From Pseudomonadota bacterium (lineage in GTDB: Bacteria; Myxococcota_A; UBA9042; CAIXZC01), in NCBI GenBank assembly GCA_043815665.1, contig JBDRIT010000002.1, forward strand, positions 19,208 through 83,207: DNA of 64,000 nt. Direction: 5' to 3'. Shown one piece after another: positions 25,564 to 36,326 of this stretch; the first letter of the stretch is position 1, and each line of letters begins with the position of its first letter. Under the pieces are notes generated by a model that worked only from the letters and a program-made list of their open reading frames with translations, searched no databases and was not told the DNA's origin. A program made the translations under genes and the position numbers.

Positions 25564-26582
25564 CCCTCGACCTCCCATACGCCCAGGCGGCCCTTGAAAG
25601 CTTGGATCACCGGGATCGAGATCGGATCGATGCCGCGTCGGGCCGCCAGATCCGCGGTGGCCCAATCCGCGAGGAGCAGGCTCTCGTAGATCGCGGTCAA
25701 CGGGTCGTCTCCTGCCAGGGGCAGGGTCTGCACAGGGTAGCCCTGGTCCTCCATCACCGCTGCGAACAAACGGAATCGTTCGGCGACCCTCGGGTGCATC
25801 CACGGGTCCGGGAGCAGCAGGAACATGAACTGCCCGGCGAAGGCAGGGTCGAAGCCGATCATCTCGTTGTGGTTGGCCTCCGGGAGTGCCCCGGAGAGGG
25901 CCGGCACCTTGGCGTTCTCATGGAGCTTGATTCTCCAAATTCGCGCGAGGCCCGACTCGAAGCAGGACGACGAGTAGATCACCGGGATCCGTCCGTGCAG
26001 GCGCTCGCCCAAGCCGGGTCCTGCGGCCTCCGTTGACGCCATGACGCTCTCGAGACGGGCCCTGAGCGCAGCGGCGTCGAAGGGACGCTCGAGCACTCCG
26101 AGCCCATCCAGGAGACCGAGGAGCAGCGCCGATGTGTAGTACAGGGAGAAGCGTGGCTGGAAGCCCGGGGGCTGGGGCGGGATCGTCACCGGGATGACGC
26201 CGCGCCCGCGATCCGCCGCTGCCGCCCGGAGGAGGCGCCCGCCTGATGCGACCGCGATGACCCGCGCACCGGCGTCGAGGGCCTCCCGGTACGCTGAGAG
26301 TGTCTCTTCGGTGTCCCCGGAGTAGGAGATCGCCACGACGAGGGTGTCGGCGCCCACGGGGACGCGCAGATTGTACTCCCGGGCGACGTGGAAACGCCTG
26401 CGGTCCGGGGTCCCCTCCAGGAGCGACAGGGTCTCCACGATCCCTCCGCCGAGCGCGCTCCCGCCCATCCCGGCGAGGACGACCCGCTCCGGGGTCGGAC
26501 CGCTCCACTGTTCGAGCACCGTCCGTGCGGCCTCAGCCGCATCCGAGAGTTGGCCCGGGCCTCCAACGATGAACCGACGCAT
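25560..26582 (-). CDS. bifunctional phosphoglucose/phosphomannose isomerase (SIS family)
   Basis: Start at ATG 26582. GMGGSALGG, VVAISYSGDTEETL and C-terminal KLHENAKVPA...LPEANHNEMIG, typical of the PGI/PMI family. Confidence 0.8.
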   Translation of the reverse strand: MRRFIVGGPGQLSDAAEAARTVLEQWSGPTPERVVLAGMGGSALGGGIVETLSLLEGTPDRRRFHVAREYNLRVPVGADTLVVAISYSGDTEETLSAYREALDAGARVIAVASGGRLLRAAAADRGRGVIPVTIPPQPPGFQPRFSLYYTSALLLGLLDGLGVLERPFDAAALRARLESVMASTEAAGPGLGERLHGRIPVIYSSSCFESGLARIWRIKLHENAKVPALSGALPEANHNEMIGFDPAFAGQFMFLLLPDPWMHPRVAERFRLFAAVMEDQGYPVQTLPLAGDDPLTAIYESLLLADWATADLAARRGIDPISIPVIQAFKGRLGVWEVEG

Positions 26583-26599
26583 GGCAATCTCCGGTGGGT

Positions 26600-27466
26600 T
26601 CAGAGGCTCATGACTCGTGTGGAGAAACCCTGCTCCTGCTCGAACTTGCTCTTGAACTTCTGGGCGTCTTTCATCTTCATGAAGCGGCCGACCCGGACCC
26701 TGTGCCACATCCCCTTGTCGCCGAGTTCGACGCGCTGGACGAAGGGGTGATAGCCTCGCTCCTCCATGAGTACGACGAAGATGCGGGCCTCGTCGGGGTC
26801 GCGGAAGGACTGGAGCTGGAGGGTATACTTGCCGATGGTGTGCCGCTCCACCACCACCTCCTTCGGCTCCTCCTCCCGGGCCGACGCAGGGGCGACGACG
26901 ATCTCGATCTCGACGTTGTCCTCCGGATCGATGCGCTCTCCCGCCTCGGCGGTGCGCGTCGGGGGGGCGCCGACGGCGCCCCCGGGGATCGGGGCTTCGT
27001 CAGATTTCTTGGCACCCGGATCAACCTTCACGGTCTCCCCGGTCACGGGATCGAGGGCGAGGCCGAAGCGCTCGCGGAGCACCTCGTCACTGAACTGGGA
27101 GAGCTCAACCTCCTGATCCGCCAGGTTCTTGGAACGGAACTGCCGGAGCGTGTGTGCCAGCTCGTCCTGGTCGATGCGTTGATCCGCTCGACGGCTCAGG
27201 AGGGTTGGAAAGAGGAGGAGGGAGCCGTCGGCAACCAGATCCGAGGCCGGAGTCAGGACTCGGAGGCTCCCCTCGAGCTGCTTCAATCCATCGGGCTCGC
27301 TCACCCCATGGATCCGGGCAATGGCATCGCCCTGGCCGAGGGTGAGGCCGAGGTAGAAGATCACACCGCCGACACCGAGACAGGCCACCACGATCTTGAT
27401 GATCATTCCCGCCTCGAGGTCGATATGGACCCGCTCCTGCAGCCGCTCCGAGTTCCTCAGGTGCAT
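26600..27466 (-). CDS. SPOR domain-containing (septal peptidoglycan-binding) protein
   Basis: AGGAG lies 8 nt upstream. One TM helix. C-terminal SPOR-like YTLQLQSFRDPDEARIFVVLMEERGYHPFVQRVELGDKGMWHRVRVGRF. Confidence 0.75.
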   Translation of the reverse strand: MHLRNSERLQERVHIDLEAGMIIKIVVACLGVGGVIFYLGLTLGQGDAIARIHGVSEPDGLKQLEGSLRVLTPASDLVADGSLLLFPTLLSRRADQRIDQDELAHTLRQFRSKNLADQEVELSQFSDEVLRERFGLALDPVTGETVKVDPGAKKSDEAPIPGGAVGAPPTRTAEAGERIDPEDNVEIEIVVAPASAREEEPKEVVVERHTIGKYTLQLQSFRDPDEARIFVVLMEERGYHPFVQRVELGDKGMWHRVRVGRFMKMKDAQKFKSKFEQEQGFSTRVMSL

Positions 27467-27612
27467 ATCAACACTCCTGGCATGGACTTTGGTTGTGAAA
27501 CAACGTCCCTGGTTGAACCTATCCCCGATTCAGGGAGACGCAAAAAACCGGCACTGTTCGGGGACGGTCTTGATCTGGAGATCCATTCGCACGGGCGCCC
27601 ACGTCGCCAAGC

Positions 27613-27628
27613 GTTGCATCTTGCCACA
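27613..27628 (+). promoter_or_regulatory. candidate upstream activator site, copy 1 (GTTGCATcttGCCACA)
   Basis: A 16-nt motif GTTGCAT-N3-GCCACA. It recurs with identical spacing at 27724-27739. It lies about 160 bp upstream of the sigma54 -24 element. Confidence 0.3.
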
Positions 27629-27723
27629 CCTGCCGCATTCCGCCACACATGGCCCATTTCACCGTTACGACCTTTGCCAACAGGAGGCATTGGTCTGACC
27701 GGTCCATCCGAGGTCCCGGGCCT

Positions 27724-27739
27724 GTTGCATAACGCCACA
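27724..27739 (+). promoter_or_regulatory. candidate upstream activator site, copy 2 (GTTGCATaacGCCACA)
   Basis: Second copy of the 16-nt motif. It lies about 50 bp upstream of the sigma54 -24 element. Confidence 0.3.
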
Positions 27740-27781
27740 ACGCAGAATCCGGAGGTCCGCATGAACACTGGGCCTGAGGCT

Positions 27782-27797
27782 TGGCACGTGCCTTGCA
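27782..27797 (+). promoter_or_regulatory. sigma54 (RpoN) -24/-12 promoter
   Basis: TGGCACGtgccTTGCA matches the consensus TGGCACG-N4-TTGCW exactly. It lies in a non-coding gap. Confidence 0.7.
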
Positions 27798-27807
27798 TCT
27801 AATCCGG

Positions 27808-28020
27808 GTGTTGATTGTTTTCTCCTATAAACGGTTATCATGTTCTACCCCAACTTCCTCGCTTCGGTCGCTGCGGTCGAATCGGGGCCCCGCCTCAGAA
27901 GAACAGAGATGCAGATGCGAGCTCGACGTGAAACTCTGTTCCTACTTTTAGTCTTCTGAGTTCTTCGGTTTTTCAAACGCGTCGAGTTCTGCAAAAAAGG
28001 GTCCTTCGGGACCCTTTTTT
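27808..28020 (+). ncRNA. candidate sigma54-dependent structured small RNA or 5' leader
   Basis: Bounded by the sigma54 promoter and an intrinsic terminator. Visibly AT-richer than its neighbours. No SD-preceded ORF. Nested complementary segments: 27894-27902 with 27952-27960, 27903-27908 with 27934-27939, and 27919-27928 with 27980-27989. Confidence 0.45.
27993..28020 (+). terminator. intrinsic (bidirectional-type) terminator
   Basis: AAAAAAGGGTCC-TTCG-GGACCCTTTTTT: a perfect GC-rich stem, a tetraloop and a T6 tail, with an A6 on the 5' side. Confidence 0.8.
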
Positions 28021-28109
28021 GCGTTCTGAGGAACCTTGCCCACGGTCTGGTGTCCCCGCCTTCACGTCTCGGCAGACGACCGTACCTCCCCCGGGAGACC
28101 TGGACATCA

Positions 28110-29633
28110 ATGAAGGCGAACCACGCCGCCGCTGCGCTCGCCTGGGCATCCCTCCTCGCGCTGGGAAACGTCCACGTCATCTCGGTCCTCCAGCCGCCCC
28201 GGTCCCTGAAGGCACCGATTCAGCGCCATGAGCTGATCATGCAGGCCAGGGAGGGCCCCTTCGAGTCTGCTCGCAGTCCTGTCGTCGAGGAGGCCTCCGT
28301 CATCCCGGATCACCTGGTCCTCCCGGACGGGGAGACCCACCTGCGTCCCCACGTCCCGCCGCCTCGGACCCGCCATGGATGGGTGTACCCCCTGCCCGAC
28401 GACGTCTCGCTCCTGCCGCACCCGATCCAGGCCGGCTGGTTCCAGGGCTGGACGCTCTCCCTCCCGGAGAGTCGGGCGCCGGGTTCCCCCGCCGCATACG
28501 ATGGAGCCGTCTATGTCGCGGGGGGAGCCGGCTCGAGGGACGTCTACTCCCTCGACGCCATCACCGGGATTCCGCTCTGGTCCGTCCGTCTCTCCGAGGA
28601 GGGACCGGCGAGCCTCGCCGTGGTCGGCCGCCACCTGGCCGTCGCCGCGGCGTCCGGGACCGTCTTCGTCCTCTCCACCTTCGACGGCACCATGATCTGG
28701 AGTCGCCGCCACGTAGGGGCGTACACCGGGTCGCCGGTGCTCACCGAGGAGGTCCTCATCGGCGGTCACCTCGGCCCCGAGGGCTACCTGATCACCGCAG
28801 CGAACCTCGAGAACGGCGATCCACTGTGGGAGGCCTCCATCGATGGACGGGTCCTGGGCGCGCCGGTGGTCGACGGCGGCTTGATCTACGTGGCAACCGA
28901 TGAGGGCTCCGTCTACTGCATCGACGCCCAGACAGGGCTCGAGCGCTGGAGCGAGCCGCTCGGCGCCTGGAGCACCCCACGAATTGACGGTTCCCAGATC
29001 CTCGTCGCCTGCGCAAACCCCTGGAGTCCGGCGGATGAGCAGGGGGCCCCCGGACTCCTCAGGGTCACCCTCTCCGCAGGCCTCCCCTTCGAACGTGTCG
29101 TATGGGGTCCACGGGAGGCAGGAGAGCATGTCCGTCTGGTCAGTCGCCTCTCCGTCGGTATGGGGTTCTCCGGGGTCCCTGCCGCAGGGTATCCCATGCA
29201 GACCGATGCCCGCCAGGAATCGGCGGGGGACGGCCCGGCCGCCTTCGACCAGGGAGATCCGACGGGCGCCCTGCCCCAGCCCTGGACCAGCGGTGGCGAC
29301 ATCTGCATCGCCGCGCATCGTTCGATTCGATGCGCAGACCTGAAAGCGGGTTCCCTGCGGTGGGAGTGGACACCCCCCTCGGATCTCGGCCCCTCCTTCA
29401 TCACCGGGACGCCGGCATTGTCCCCCACCAGCGTCATCACCGCGTCCACCCGGGGAGACCTGGCCGCGCTCCAACGGCAGGACGGCGAGGTCCAGTGGAC
29501 CCTCCGCCTCGGGGAACCCGTCACCAGCTCGCCGATCCTCAAGGACGGATGGCTGTACGTCACCACATCACGCGGCCGGGTCTTCGGTGTGGATCTGCAT
29601 GAACCAGCGGACTTGGATGCCACGCCGGATTGA
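28110..29633 (+). CDS. PQQ-like beta-propeller repeat protein (BamB-like fold), secreted
   Basis: Start at ATG 28110 with signal peptide MKANHAAAALAWASLLALG. Repeated blades: GAVYVAGG...VYSLDAITGIPLWS, GTVFVLSTFDGTMIWS, GLIYVATDEGSVYCIDAQTGLERWS, GDLAALQRQDGEVQWT, GWLYVTTSRGRVFGVD. Confidence 0.75.
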   Translation: MKANHAAAALAWASLLALGNVHVISVLQPPRSLKAPIQRHELIMQAREGPFESARSPVVEEASVIPDHLVLPDGETHLRPHVPPPRTRHGWVYPLPDDVSLLPHPIQAGWFQGWTLSLPESRAPGSPAAYDGAVYVAGGAGSRDVYSLDAITGIPLWSVRLSEEGPASLAVVGRHLAVAAASGTVFVLSTFDGTMIWSRRHVGAYTGSPVLTEEVLIGGHLGPEGYLITAANLENGDPLWEASIDGRVLGAPVVDGGLIYVATDEGSVYCIDAQTGLERWSEPLGAWSTPRIDGSQILVACANPWSPADEQGAPGLLRVTLSAGLPFERVVWGPREAGEHVRLVSRLSVGMGFSGVPAAGYPMQTDARQESAGDGPAAFDQGDPTGALPQPWTSGGDICIAAHRSIRCADLKAGSLRWEWTPPSDLGPSFITGTPALSPTSVITASTRGDLAALQRQDGEVQWTLRLGEPVTSSPILKDGWLYVTTSRGRVFGVDLHEPADLDATPD

Positions 29634-29676
29634 AACCTGCGTCCCCTGCGGATAGAATCCCTGCGAAGAGGACGCG

Positions 29677-31109
<1,433 letters not shown>

Positions 31110-31113
<4 letters not shown>

Positions 31114-33164
31114 CGCGCACGCCGCTGCGGCGCCTCGGCGCCGTGATCCTTCTCCACCTCCTCGTCGGCGCCTGCTCAGGAAGCGGCGCGCCCGGCGCGG
31201 ACGTGGTGAGCAGCCTGGACCTGGCGGAGGCTGACGTCGTGGTTCCCGTGGACGCGGGCGGCGAGATCATCCTTCTGCGGTGTCCGGCCTCCGTGGATCC
31301 CTCCCACGAGCCCGTCCGGATCCTCGAGAGCGACCGGGTCTTCTGGGATTCTCTTCTCTCGCGCATCGATCCGCCGGGCATCCCCGATGATCCCGACGCC
31401 TTCCCCGCCTGGCAGGACGAGACCCGGGAGGCCCTGCTCCACTCCCTTGGCTTTGACGGCATCGAGCCGCCGGGGACCTTCGTGGCGTCGGAGCTGGTCG
31501 ACGTCCTCGACAGAGGTGATCACCTGGTGGAGCTGCGGCTCGTGGAGGCGCATCCCGGGATGTGGATCCCCACCCTCGTGCTCCGACCGAAGGGGAATGC
31601 GACGTCCCTCCCCGGGATCCTGGTCCACCACGGACATGATCAGCCAGGGAAGAGTCGTGACGCCATCTTGACCCTCGGGGTGAACCTCGCCCGCCGCGGG
31701 GCGCTCGTGGTCCAGCCGGACTGGCTGTTCTTCGGGGATCTCACCAGGAAAGAGAACGACCACATGCACGCCGAGGGGAACCTCCTCGCCGGGCGCTCCA
31801 TGAACCTCCCCATCACCTCCGTCGCACGCCGCATGATCGATTACCTCGAGCAGCGGCCGGAGGTGGATCCGGCCCGCCTCGGGATGGTGGGACACTCCGG
31901 CGGCGCCGAGACCACCTTGTACCTCTCCGCTGCGGAGCCCCGCATCCACGCCGCGGCGCCCATCGACGGGGTGGACGACTGGACCTTCCGGGTCGGGTAC
32001 CGCCTCTTCCGGGATCCGGAGCACTTCCCGACCGCGCTCCTCACCTTCGCGGGATATCGGGAGGTGGTCGCCCTCTCGGCGCCCCGCTGGTTCTTCTCCC
32101 TGTCCGGAGACGAGGACTACATCGCGGGCCCCACCCATGTGGTCCAGGAGGTCATCGCGGACGCGGCCATCGCCTGGGAACACCTCGGGCATCCCGAGCG
32201 CATCCTCCACCAGGGCTTCCCGGGCGGCCACCAGGTCAACCGCGTCAAGCGGGAGGCCGTCTACGCGTTCTTCGCTTCGGCTCTGGACGCCCCGGGGCTC
32301 GCTGGCGAAGAGGACGGCACCGCCTTCACCGACGACCCGTCCCTCCACCTCGCACCTCCAAAGGGGAATCGGACGATCCTCGATGTCGTGCGGGATCTCC
32401 TGGACGAAGCCCTGGCCGCGCTCGATGCGCCCAGCGGTGACGCGCTCTCGCTGATCCTCGGGAGCCCCGGGCAGGGCAACGGTGTCCTGGCCCTCGAGGC
32501 CGCCGATGGGGCTCCGATTCCCGGACGGGCGATCCGGGACGAGGGACCGGACCTGCCTGTGGACCTCTATCTCCCGGAGGCCTGGGATGGCCGACGCGGC
32601 GTGATCTGCATCGCCCGGGAGGGCCGCGCCGCGTGCGCAGCGGCGGGGCGACTCCTCTCGGCCATCGGGTGGACCGTGCTGGCCGCAGACCTCCGGGGAT
32701 ACGGCGAGCTCTACGCAGATTGGCCTGCGGAGGATCTCTGGGACTGGGCCCGCACTGCGAACCTTGCGGTGATGCTCGGCGATCCGCTGCCCAACATGCA
32801 GGCACGGGATCTCTCCGACCTGGCCGTGGCGCTCCGAGGCCACCGGGACCTGGACTCCGTCGGGGTGATCGGGGTCGGTCCCGAGGGCGGGTTCCTCGCC
32901 CTCCTCTTCGGCGCGGCCATCCCCGCCCTCGATCCCGTCGTCGCCCTCGCCCCCCATCTCTCCCTCCGGTCGGACTTCGACGACCTGGGTGCGCTCTATC
33001 CGGCCCCCTGCCAGATCTATCCTTTCGGGATGTTCACCGCGGCCGCACCGGAGGACCTGGTCGGGCTCCTGGGCTCCAGGGACTACTACGTCACGGATCA
33101 CTGGGTTGCTGAAGTTTCTGATCAGAAAGCGCTGTGTAACTTCTTTATATCTTTGTGGAAATAG
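31110..33164 (+). CDS. lipoprotein with alpha/beta-hydrolase (esterase/dienelactone-hydrolase-like) domains
   Basis: The ATG overlaps the upstream TGA (ATGA). Lipobox LLVGAC. Nucleophile elbow GMVGHSGGAE. A second hydrolase-like half follows (…VIGVGPEGGF…). Confidence 0.6.
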
Positions 33165-34517
33165 CTAATTCCCGATCGCGTCGACGGCGGCATCCACGAT
33201 GCGATCGGCGTAGACGCAAGCCTGGTTCTCGTCGGGGCACTCCACCATGACCCGGAGGACATTCTCCGTGCCGGAGTAACGCACCACGGTGCGTCCGTCC
33301 GCGCCCATCTGAGCCTCCACTGCGCTGATGGCCTTCTGGACCGTGGGGAGATGTTCCAGATCAGGCTTGCGAGCCACCTCGACCTGCCGATGGACCTGGG
33401 GGAAGCGCACCATGACGTCGGCCAGCTCGGAGAGCGGTTTCTCCGCCCGGATCATGGTCGCCAGGACCTGCAGCGCAGAGACCATGCCGTCACCGGTGCT
33501 CGCGTGCTCGAGGAAGATCATGTGGCCGGACTGCTCCCCGCCGAACTTGTACCCCTCGGCCCGCATGCGTTCGAGGACGTAGCGATCACCGACCTGGGTG
33601 CGGACCACACGACCACCCGCCGCCTCGATACGACGGTCCAGTCCGAGGTTGGACATGATCGTCGCGACCAGGGTGTTCTTTGGCAGGCGGCCCTCGGCGA
33701 GCATCTGCGCGCCGATGAGCGCCATCACCGCGTCGCCGTCCACCACCCTCCCCTTCTCGTCGGAGAGGATCAGCCGATCCCCGTCTCCGTCCAGCGCAAT
33801 GCCAAGGTTCGCACCTTCCTGGACCACCGCCTCCGCCATGAACTCCGGGTGGAGCGCGCCGCATCGACGGTTGATGTTCGTCCCGTCGGGCCAGACCCCG
33901 CGCTCGATCACCTGGGCGCCCAGCTCCTCCAGGATGGCCGGCCCGACCCGATACCCGGCGCCGTTCGCGCAGTCGATCACGATGCGGAGCCCGCGGAGAG
34001 TCAGATCGTCCGGGAAGGCCTCCTGGGCAAAGACGATGTACCGACCCTGCGCGTCCGCGATGCGGTAGGCGCGCCCGACATCGGCGCCCACGGGCCGCCG
34101 CTCCTCGGCGAAGCCCTCGTCCATGAGGTCCTCGAGGGTCTCCTCCACCGCATCCGGGAGCTTGTAGCCGTCCCCCCCGAAGACCTTGATGCCGTTGTCA
34201 TGGAAGGGGTTGTGGCTGGCGGAGATCATGACCCCCGCCTGGGCCCGCATCTTGTGGGTCAGGAACGCGATGGCCGGCGTGGGCAGAGGCCCCACCTGGT
34301 AGGTGCTCGCGCCCATGGAGCAGGCGCCCGCGGCGACCGCGAACTCGAAGATGTAGCTGGATCGACGCGGGTCCTTGCCGATGAGAATCCTCGGCTCCGG
34401 ATGGTCCTTCGAGAAGTGCCACGCCAACACCTGTCCGAGACGCATGGCCATCTCGGGGCTCATGGGCGTCCGGTTCGCCTGTCCGCGGATCCCGTCGGTC
34501 CCGAAGTATCTCCGCAT
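33165..34517 (-). CDS. glmM: phosphoglucosamine mutase
   Basis: MRRYFGTDGIRGQAN..., active-site SASHNPFHDNGIKVFG, GDGDRL. Confidence 0.95.
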   Translation of the reverse strand: MRRYFGTDGIRGQANRTPMSPEMAMRLGQVLAWHFSKDHPEPRILIGKDPRRSSYIFEFAVAAGACSMGASTYQVGPLPTPAIAFLTHKMRAQAGVMISASHNPFHDNGIKVFGGDGYKLPDAVEETLEDLMDEGFAEERRPVGADVGRAYRIADAQGRYIVFAQEAFPDDLTLRGLRIVIDCANGAGYRVGPAILEELGAQVIERGVWPDGTNINRRCGALHPEFMAEAVVQEGANLGIALDGDGDRLILSDEKGRVVDGDAVMALIGAQMLAEGRLPKNTLVATIMSNLGLDRRIEAAGGRVVRTQVGDRYVLERMRAEGYKFGGEQSGHMIFLEHASTGDGMVSALQVLATMIRAEKPLSELADVMVRFPQVHRQVEVARKPDLEHLPTVQKAISAVEAQMGADGRTVVRYSGTENVLRVMVECPDENQACVYADRIVDAAVDAIGN

Positions 34518-34545
34518 CTTCTTCCTCCAATGATGAGGACGTTCG

Positions 34546-35538
34546 TCAGGGGGCGCGGCGCCGCCTGAGCTTGATCTTGAAATATCGGTTCTCCTCGTCG
34601 AGCTCGAAGCGCAGCCCCTCGCCCTCCCGGATCACCGGCTGCACGGGCCCGTACACCTCCGAGAGGAGATTCCCCGGTGGCGGCTGTATCCCGCCGGCGT
34701 CGAGCCAGACGTGGTTGCCCACGTTCGCCCGCGTGATGCCGACGAGGAGCCGCTCGGTCCCGGAGATCCGCACAGAGAAGCGCTCCGGGATCGCCCTGCA
34801 GGTGAACCCCGCCGGGCAATCCACGACGCGTATCGGGACGTCGGCCAGGGCCTTGACGTCGTGCTTGTCTCTCAGAGAGATGAGGACCCGGACCTTCGAG
34901 GGCTCGATGGTGATGAGATCGCCCGGGGGCGGCGCCACCTCGACCCGGGTCTCGTAGGCGGTCTCGAGGCCGGTGATGTCCACCGGGCGCGTGCTCAACT
35001 CCTCGATCTCGTCGAGGACCGTCATGGGACCGGTGATGGTGACCGTTGGCGGCGCCACCTCGATCCCGGCATAGTCCACGAAGACGTACTGGCTCGGTCG
35101 CCCCTGGACGTTGGGGCGCACGGACAGGGTGCGGGCGTCCAACGTGTCGATGCGCACATCGAAGGACGGTGGGTAGATCGCAAGGATCCGAGCCCCCTTC
35201 ATGTCCAGATGCTCTTCCAGGGCCTCCACGATGAACTCGTACTCGGAGCCGCCCTGGAGGTCGCCCAGGTCCACCACGAAGGTCTCGGGGGTCCGCTGCA
35301 GGTACGTGACCAGCCGGGACCAGGGCCCCCGGAGTCGCAGACGGATCTCCTTGGGCGGCTCCTCGAGCAGGAGCGCGCCCTTGGCCGGCAGGTTCGCGTG
35401 GATGGGCACGCGGATCTCCACCTCCCGGATGGTGTCCTGCCGGACCATCCAGACCAGGAGGATGGCCACCACCAGGGAGAAGGCCTTGAGGAACGGAAAG
35501 CGCAGCAGGCGCTGCACCATGGCGCTGCGCTCGCTCAT
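34546..35538 (-). CDS. cdaR: YbbR-domain protein (CdaR-like regulator of diadenylate cyclase)
   Basis: N-terminal TM helix followed by repeated YbbR-like beta modules. The ATG overlaps the cdaA stop (ATGA). Position between cdaA and glmM matches the conserved operon. Confidence 0.7.
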   Translation of the reverse strand: MSERSAMVQRLLRFPFLKAFSLVVAILLVWMVRQDTIREVEIRVPIHANLPAKGALLLEEPPKEIRLRLRGPWSRLVTYLQRTPETFVVDLGDLQGGSEYEFIVEALEEHLDMKGARILAIYPPSFDVRIDTLDARTLSVRPNVQGRPSQYVFVDYAGIEVAPPTVTITGPMTVLDEIEELSTRPVDITGLETAYETRVEVAPPPGDLITIEPSKVRVLISLRDKHDVKALADVPIRVVDCPAGFTCRAIPERFSVRISGTERLLVGITRANVGNHVWLDAGGIQPPPGNLLSEVYGPVQPVIREGEGLRFELDEENRYFKIKLRRRRAP

Positions 35539-36317
35539 CGGTCACCCCCGGCGCCGGTGTCCGTCAGGAGGAGCTCACGGAGCCGGTCCGGCTCCACGCC
35601 CATCTCGAACCTGCCGCCACGGGCCACGGAGATGCGGCCGGTCTCCTCGGAGACGACCACCACCAGGGCGTCGGTCTGCTCCGAGAGGCCCAGGGCAGCG
35701 CGATGACGGGTGCCGAGCTGCTCGTCGTCGAGGTTCTCGGACAGGGGCAGGATGCAGTGCGCCGCCACGATGCGGTTGTTGCGGACGATGACTGCGCCGT
35801 CATGGGTCGGGTTCTCGTAGGCCGGGACGAAGAGCAGGAACAGCAGGTGCCGCTCCAGGGCAGCGTCCAGCGGGATGGAGCCCTGCTCGAAGGGCGAGAG
35901 GTCGCCGGTGCGCTCCATGACGATGAGGGCCCCGATGCGTCGCGAGGAGAGCGCCCGCGCCGCGTCCACGACCTGCTCGGCGGACTCGGACGTCGTCCTC
36001 GCACCGGAGCCGCCCCCGAGCCAGCCCGGGACCCAGTAGAGCCGCCCCAGGGCCCTCCGGATGTCCTCCTGGAACAGGATGATCACGAGGATCAGGAGAC
36101 TGCCCATGAAGTTCGAGAGGAACCAGTTGACCGTGGTCAGCCCCAGGACCCGGTCGCTGGAGACGGTGTAGAGACCGAGCACTGCGGCGAGCCAGATGAA
36201 GGCCTGGAACGCCCGGGTGCCGCGGAAGAGGAGGATGACCTGATAGATGATGAACGCCACGACGAGCACGTCGAGGACGAACCGCACCACCTCCAGACCG
36301 CTCCCCAGGAAGCTCAT
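35535..36317 (-). CDS. cdaA: diadenylate cyclase (c-di-AMP synthase), membrane-bound CdaA type
   Basis: Three N-terminal TM helices. DAC domain motifs PTHDGAVIV and GTRHRAALGLSEQTDALVVVVSEETG. Confidence 0.9.
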   Translation of the reverse strand: MSFLGSGLEVVRFVLDVLVVAFIIYQVILLFRGTRAFQAFIWLAAVLGLYTVSSDRVLGLTTVNWFLSNFMGSLLILVIILFQEDIRRALGRLYWVPGWLGGGSGARTTSESAEQVVDAARALSSRRIGALIVMERTGDLSPFEQGSIPLDAALERHLLFLLFVPAYENPTHDGAVIVRNNRIVAAHCILPLSENLDDEQLGTRHRAALGLSEQTDALVVVVSEETGRISVARGGRFEMGVEPDRLRELLLTDTGAGGDR

Positions 36318-36326
36318 CGTCGTACC

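Noticed and set aside
27840-27959. 39-codon ORF (MFYPNFLASVAAVESGPRLRRTEMQMRARRETLFLLLVF) inside the sigma54 transcript
   Set aside because: There is no Shine-Dalgarno sequence upstream (aacggttatcATG). The region is dominated by RNA-helix-forming complementarity. I kept it only as an alternative to test, not as a gene.
27457-28180. Minus-strand ORFs 27457..27798 (113 aa), 27519..27740 and 27845..28180 (111 aa) in the large intergenic gap
   Set aside because: They overlap the SPOR gene start, the sigma54 promoter or the terminator. They have Arg/Cys/Trp-rich odd composition and no SD.
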